Virus record (IMG/VR): IMGVR_UViG_3300033064_003431
Span: 1,124 to 65,123 of that record
DNA: 64,000 nt
Direction: 5' to 3' (one strand)
DNA from: a virus
Taxonomy: Duplodnaviria; Caudoviricetes
Of the stretch, positions 43,301 to 49,300 are shown one piece after another. A program made the translations under genes and the position numbers. Every line of letters starts with the position of its first letter. Positions within the stretch are counted from its first letter, which is position 1. The notes beneath the pieces are model-generated. The model searched no databases, was not told the origin of the DNA, and worked only from the letters and a program-made list of their open reading frames with translations.

Positions 43301-46300
43301 TTTCAGTTCTGGTCCTGAGACCTTAGCAGCTTCTTTATCAAATGATTCTCCGCTCTTAGCCATCCTTGCTGCGGAATTTTTAGCAGCTTGGGTGTCTGCC
43401 CCAGAAACATAAGAACTAACCCCCTGAGTAATCGCAGTAGTAGCCATTGCTACCCCTTGTCCAGTCTTTCCCAACCCAGCCTGTGCAGCCAGCTTTTGGG
43501 TTCCTAACATAGCGGGTCCAACATCTTTCATCGCCTGAATCATACCTGCCATAGCTGGTTGTGCCGCTGTTACTTCGTCTATCATGCTTGCTATTGCGTT
43601 GCCTGCGGCTGTGGTGATAAGACCGAACACCACCATAGGGCCCCCCAACCCTTCTACTACTTCCCCTATTTTTGTTTTTAAAGTATCAAGACCCTTTTGT
43701 AAAAAGGAGGTCTCTAGGGGTTTTGCTGGTTTATCAAAAGCCCCGCTAGCTTGTTTCTCTACCAACCTATCTTTTAGCTCTGCCTTCGTAGTTTCGAGTT
43801 GATCAGCATCTCGAACATCGGGTCTGACTGATGGATCAAACGTGTCTCTCGTCCTACTCTTGGGACCCGTTAAACCCTCACTCTCTGCAGCGTGTTGTTT
43901 TGCCGCCCCTACTCTGTTATCGTATGTTGTGGCGGAAGTTACAGCAACAGCGGACAGAGCCTTAATACGACTCTGTTCGGCCGTATTTCCAGCGCTAATA
44001 CTTCTGGCCATAGACTTTAGAGCTGCTACTACATCTGTGGTGCCCTTGCCCGCATCATAAAGTTGCATTGAGAGAGCATCAAAAGCATCCGAGTTCTTTT
44101 TCATGGCCGCTCTTACTATTGCCGCATCCTTTTTACTCATGCTGGTCACTGCCGTATTTACCCTGATCTGATTCTGAGCAATAGCCTCTCCACCAATAGC
44201 AAAGTGTTGAACTCCACCCACAACTCCACCCCGAGCAAATCCCTGAATCTTATCAGCATGATTCATTCGTGCTAGTTTACTATATCCAATACTCTGAGCG
44301 GCCTTTTTATTAATAACAAATTCACCCGGAGTTAACATAGCGGGCACAGTATCTGATGCTGCCCCACCCTTAGCAAATTTTTGTCTTGAGATACCAGCAG
44401 ACCCCAAAAGATCTGTTAAAGTGGATTCTAAAATTAAATTTAAATTATTGTCAAGATTGGGAATATTCTGTACTAATGTTGTTAAAAATTCTTCCTTACC
44501 ACTATCTTCCATCCTGTTAATCCTTGTTTGATCTACTTTACTATTTAGAAGAGCTTTATTAATTTCTGGATTAAATGGTTTAAAAGTTCTAGCCTGTTTT
44601 AAATCCTCTCCCTGTTGTCTAACCTTAGACATAGCCTCAAAACTCTCTTTTTCTTTAGCATCTAAGCTGCCTCTTAGCGGTACCATAGAGCGGAATAATG
44701 AATTTATTTTATATTGTCTTCCATATGCCATATCTGCACTATTATAATTAAGTCCAGGTAAAGCATCCACAGCATTAGCAACATCATCATTGTCCCCTTC
44801 AAACAAACCGGACACTTTAGTTTTATATTTATCAAAAGATTCTGGAACTTTAGTTCTTAAAGAATTAAATACTTGATGGGTTAATTCGTGATATAAGACA
44901 GAGTTAGGGAGTGCGGGACTAGTCTCCGATGTGCTAAAAGATAAGGCTCCCCTACCAGTTTCTTTTACCTTTGATTGTTTAACTTTTCTAGCTGCTTGTG
45001 CCGCTTCGATTCGTAAATCTCGTATTTCTCCTAATTTTAATCCTAAGGCCGCTTCTTTGTCCCACAGTTCAGCAGCCACTTTAGGATCGTGACTTGAAGA
45101 GGATATAGTCTGCATTAACTTATCACTATTCTCTTTTACTAAAGCCCTGTATCCATATAAGTCTTGCTCATTTTGTGCAGTCCAACCAAAATTAGCTAAT
45201 TCTGTTGCACCCACACCAAAACTTCCCATAGCCTCTCTATCAAAAAAAGCGTTAGGTTCTGCTTCTGAAGGGGCCTCAAAATCAATTAATTGTGGTAGAA
45301 TAGATGTTAATGATTCTCCAGGAATTCCTATCGCTTTAGCAAAGTTTGCCATATCAGAAAATAAAGAATCTCTACTAATTTGTTTGGTAAAACTAGATAT
45401 AAAAGCAGATTTATCTAGTGGTTTTTGATTGAACTGATCTTGAACAGCCTTATCGTCAACAATAACCCTTTCATTTTGCATAGTGTTTGGGTCTGTGAGC
45501 GCTCTTTGTATTGTTTTCATCTGCTCTGATGTATACTTTTCTTTTACAGATGCTGGGAAACTCATTTCTCCGGTTCCAAAAACTGATTCTGGCACGAGAC
45601 CACCAAGAGCAAGCCTTTGAACCATGTTTGGATTATTAATATCTGATGGACTCTTAGTATATCCAGTTTGTAATATCCAAGAATCATCTGTTGTTGGTGG
45701 CCATGTTTTAGGATCTGGACTAGCAAATTTGCTTTGATCAAACCATTCTGGTCCATCATACCAGCTTGGTGGAGATAGTGGTGTTTTATTAACATCTCCA
45801 CGATTTTTAAAATAATATTTCCATACATTAAATGCCGAGGCACTAACTCTATGTCTATCAGAGACTAATTGATTTCCACTTTGTGTGACCCCCTCCATTA
45901 CAGCATCATATAATTTAGGGCCGTATCCACTAGTAGCAGAAGAGCTTTGCACAGAGAACAAAGGAGCAGACCCTAGCTCTTGCAACCTATCTGCTACGAC
46001 CTCTCCACTAGCATTAGCATCGGGTAAATATTTAGCACTAACTCTTCCTGGTTTAATTGTTAATCCTATTTTTGCAGCTTGTTTGATCTTGTTCTCTTCT
46101 GTGACTCCTCCTACTGCATATCCCCTGATCGCTCTCTTAATCGCTAGCATATTTTCAGCTGGTGATAGCGTTGGAGTATAAGCAGCGTCTGAAGGCCCCT
46201 TTAGTTTTGCTGCTAAAGCTAATTGAGCAGGCGTAGAAGTCTTAAATGATGGTTCTTTCAAGAGTTCTGCTAGTGCCTTGGGATCAGTTTTAATTCCAGC

Positions 46301-49300
46301 CTTAGAGTTTTTCTGTGCAACTCTTTTAGCTAAATATGTTTTAAATTCTTCTAGACCATATCCAGCGCTATTAGCAAATTGTACAATACTACTGGTCTCA
46401 TTCTTTAGACCATTCTGTTCTATAAGACCATATACTTCTTGTCCTAGTTTTTCTACCTTGCTGCCATTAGCAAACTTTTGTATCATGCCGCCACCGCTCT
46501 TATTCATACTCTGCAAGTTATTAACGCCAAGAGTTTCCACAGCCTTTTTACGAATAACAAACTCTCCCGGCTCTAACATTGCTGGCACGGTATCCCCACT
46601 ACCGCTGCCCGGTACAAATCCACCACTAGCAAACTTGTGTATCCTGCCCCCAAGATTCTTACCTACTGGAACCGGCTCTGGCTCTGCAACCGGCTCTGGC
46701 TCTGGAAATAAATATCTGGTAAATTCGCCTATTGCTTTGGCCCTGCTTTTAGAATCAATAGTTCTTTTAACTTCTGTGGGCATACTACTAGTAATACCTG
46801 GGAAAAAACTCGTAGCACGACCGCCTAACCCATTTGGATAATCTATGGCTCTAGTAGCTGTAGCATCCTCTACTATTGGGGCCCCAAACACAGCCATTGC
46901 TTGTTCTATAACAGCCCCTTCGATATTAGCTTGGCCAGTGGCCATACTCGTATTCTGAGATAATTCCGACAGACTCGGGGAGTATTGTACACCTTTCATG
47001 CCAGCTTTTCTGACTCTCTCAATAGTTTGAATATTATCGTCTACCAGAGTTTCATCGGGTTTTAAATTCTTAGACTTGTCCGCTCCATTCATTCCGGTAA
47101 TTTTATCAGCTGGAATATTTAATCCTAGCTCTGCTAATCTTTGAGCTATTAGAGCCTCATTATTTGGTGGCCTAGCTGTTGATATTCTAAGATTCTGTAA
47201 TAGTTCTGGATATTTTGTTAATTTATCTTTTAAATCAATTCCAAGAGGAGTAAGCTCTCCCTTCTTTAATGCTTCTCCTACTCTCTTGGTATCAGAATAT
47301 CCTAAAACATCAATATTACCCTTAGCGTCATAAAGATCTGCTCCTGTAACTAAAGTTTGGTCAAAATCATATACCATCTGCTGACCAGAGCTCAGGCCAC
47401 CCGTAGTGATTTCGCTCTGTAAATCAGTAGCAAGCTGCCTAACAGTGTCTGTTGAGCTAGCTTGCATTTTTTCTACCATTGGCTTAAATCTTGTTGGCAA
47501 TCCTCTTTCATGTATTACAACATCCCTACCCTGAATATCAAAGGGGCCCAAGTCCTCATCATGATCATAGGGTAATAGTCCTACCAAACCCACCTGAGTT
47601 GCCGCTGCGGTTCTCCTAGCTAATCGAGCTGCTTGAATCTCTTTATTAGAATTAAATTTTTCTAGGAAATAATCTCTAACAGCACCATACGAGGCAGCTT
47701 TGTCAGCGCTCATCGATCCATCATAATTAGCTCTCCATGTTTGTCGGACCATACCGGCCGTAATATCCACACCACTAAACTGACCGAACTTAAGATCCTC
47801 TGGCATGTTTGAACCTTGGAGCATAGAGGATATTTCTGCAGCCGTGGCTCCTAATGCAGACTTTGGTTTCCCTCCCGCTATAAACTTTGGATTCTCTGCT
47901 CCACCAGGATTTTTTGGCTTGCTTTTAGCAGCAACTATTCCTTGATCTCGCACAGACTCTCTAACAGCTCGGCTTAGGGTACCATCTGGTTGCAAACCAT
48001 AAGTCTCGGGATATCTTGCTGCCAGATTACGAAGAATACCAAATGGTTCAAAACTAGCTCTAGAATTGATCTTATCTCGACGATTACGCAACTCTTTTAC
48101 TTGATCCGCCATTGCTGCATACTCTGGGTCTGATGCTACTTTTTTGCTCTCTATTCTTTGTGGGAGAGCAGCTAACTCTTTTGTTATATCTGCTAATGAA
48201 TAGGCTTGTCTCTTCTTGGAGTGCTCTACTATTCTTGGTAGTATAGAAGACCTATTCTGTAATTGAGGAAGATATTGGCTCACAAGAGAAAACACATCTG
48301 GAGATAGTATTTTTTTCATTTCTTCCAGATCTCCACCCAGTATTGATTCTCTGGCCATGGTACCACTAACACCGCCCGTTCTGGGTATCTGTACTGGCTG
48401 ATAGCCTTTGTCTAAATATTTCTTTAAATTCTTGCCTTCGTCTGCTACCATCATGGCCAAGCTACCCTTTTCTGGGCGCACAAAACGTCTTTTTCCAGAA
48501 GGCCCCTGAGATATCTCCATAACATCTGGGAGCACAAATCCCCTATTGGTTTGTTTACTTACCATAGATCCTTTAAATGCAGCCTGAGCCGCTAACACCC
48601 TAAAATCCTGATCAAATACCGCCGTTCTCAAAGAGTGGGAATCTGCGGATGTGATACCCTCATCATTGCTAATCAACACCAAAAAGTCTTCTAGTGGTAT
48701 GCCCATTGCTATGGCTGCTGCTCTCAATGATTCATGACCAATGGTTGATGGAGATAAACTTCCATGCAATAGTGCTATTTTTTTCTTTTCTACTTCAATA
48801 TTTTCTTTACGTCTTAATTTATAGTCGCTGCTAATGCCCAGAGTCCTTAATTTGCTACCATCAATATCAGAACCAAGCATAGCTTCAAGTGGACCACTAT
48901 CTCTCTCGGCTCCAGATGTAGCACCAGGTTTTCTACCAAATAAATTCACCCCAGTAGTATCTCTTGACTCTCTTCTTCTTTTAAGCTCTGTTTGCTCTTC
49001 TTTGGTAGAAGTAGACAGTATATATATCTTATCTGACATTTTTAAATAGTCATCAAGTTTTTCTGGCGTAACGGTTGAAGTAGTATCTATAACCTCTGAG
49101 GCTAATTTAATATCTTCTGGTCTTAATATGGGGAATCTCGTGGTGCGTCTAAGTTTGGCATTATCTGAGGCTGTGCTTTGTGAACCCCCCAACATCAAAG
49201 AGCTTTTGCCCGAGCCTGCCATGCCCGCAATAGTTCTGAGTTTAGCTAAAGATCCCTCTTTTCTTGATGACGCAGCAAGCTTGGATAGATACGCTTTATA

